Assembly: GCF_009834535.1 (NCBI RefSeq)
Contig: NC_045696.1
Coordinates: forward strand, 111,478,001 to 111,542,000
DNA length: 64,000 nucleotides
Source of the DNA: Camelus ferus
Taxonomy: Eukaryota
Direction: 5' to 3'
The notes beneath the pieces are model-generated. The model saw only the letters and a list, made by a program, of their open reading frames with translations, ran no database searches and was not told the origin of the DNA. The position numbers and the translations under genes are program-made. Below, piece by piece: positions 62,932-64,000 of the stretch (positions are counted from its first letter, which is position 1; every line of letters begins with the position of its first letter).

Positions 62932-64000
62932 CTTTTTTATGAAAAGATTTTTGTATTGAAATGTAATTGACTTACAATATTGTGTTCGTTTCGGATGTAC
63001 TGCATAATGATTTGATATTTGCATACATTATGAAATGATCACCATAATAAGTCTAGTAACCATCTGTTCCCACACAAAGTTATTACAATATTATTGACCA
63101 TATTCTGATGCTGTATATTGTATTAAATAACTTATTTATCACATAAATGGAAGTTTGTACCTCTTAATCCCCTTCACCTAGTTCACACCCTCCTCAATCC
63201 TCTTCCTTCTGGTAACAACCCATTTATTCTTTGTACCCATAAGTCTGTTTTCATTTTATTTTCTTTGTTTATTTGTTGTTTTTTGGGTTCTATATATAGA
63301 TTAGATCATGAAGTATTTGTCTTTCTCTGCCTGACTGATTTCCCTTAGCATAATACCCTCTAGACCCATGCATGTTATTGCAAATGGCAAGATTTCATTT
63401 TTTATAGCTAAGTAACATTCCATTGTTTTATATACATAAATATATATAATATATTTATCCATGATGTGATTGACACTTTAGTTGCTTCCATATCTTGACC
63501 ATTGTAAATAATGCTTCTATGAATATAGGGGTACATATATCTTTTAAAATTAGGGTTTTGTTTTCTTCAGGTAAATACCCAGAAGTGAAATTGTGGGATC
63601 ATATGATAGTTCTATTTTTAATTTTTTGAGGAACTCCATACTGTTTTCCAAAGTGGTTGCATCAATTTACCTTCCTACCAACAGTGCATGAGGGCTCCCT
63701 TTTCTCCACATCCTCACCAACACTTGCTTTTTCTCGTCTTTTGGATGATAACCATTCTTACAGGTGTGAGGTTTCTGGCAGGTCTCATTGTGGTTTTGAT
63801 TTACATTTCCCTGATGATTAGTGATGTTGAGAATCTTATCATGTGCCTACTAGCCATTTGTATGTCTTCTTTGGAAAAATGTCTATTCAGGTCCTCTGTC
63901 CATGTTTTAATTGGATTGATGGTGGTTGTTTTTGTTGTTGTTTTGATATTGAGTTGTATGAGTTCTTTGCATATATTGGATAATAACTCATCAGATGTAT
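62932..64000 (-). mobile_element. LINE-1 3'UTR and ORF2 end, continuing beyond the window
   Basis: Antisense L1 (ctcattgtggttttgatttacatttccctgatgattagtgatgttgag...tcttctttggaaaaatgtctattcaggtcctct). Confidence 0.96.

Noticed and set aside
1..64000. A novel multi-gene system, CRISPR array or operon
   Set aside because: The DNA is mammalian and repeat-dominated. There is no regularly spaced repeat-spacer array and no long ORF (maximum 195 aa). Many listed ORFs start at GTG/TTG, which is a prokaryotic convention.

Overview
This is mammalian genomic DNA, not microbial. A tRNA-derived SINE resembling the camelid Vic-1 family (32282-32404) and artiodactyl-type L1 3' ends point to a camelid (alpaca, llama or camel). 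I saw no Alu, BovB, Bov-A or PRE-1 elements. The window reads as an AT-rich, CpG-poor intronic or intergenic interval. Much of it is recognisable decayed transposable elements: truncated L1s (several with target-site duplications, TSDs), L2, MIR, about 20 solo LTRs (ERV1-type, ERVL, MaLR/MLT1), hAT and Tc1-mariner fossils, and microsatellites. I recognise no protein-coding gene, RNA gene, CRISPR array or intact element. The supplied ORFs are chance or repeat-derived. I found no convincing novel biological system. The most interesting observations are (1) a possible minus-strand promoter/first exon near 5.2-5.8 kb and two candidate minus-strand small exons, (2) retrotransposition-mechanism footprints at L1 junctions, (3) several TSD-supported nested insertions, and (4) a perfect NRF2/MAF site inside a solo LTR. 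Repeat family names come from my memory of consensus sequences and need RepeatMasker/Dfam confirmation. Boundaries of old elements are approximate.
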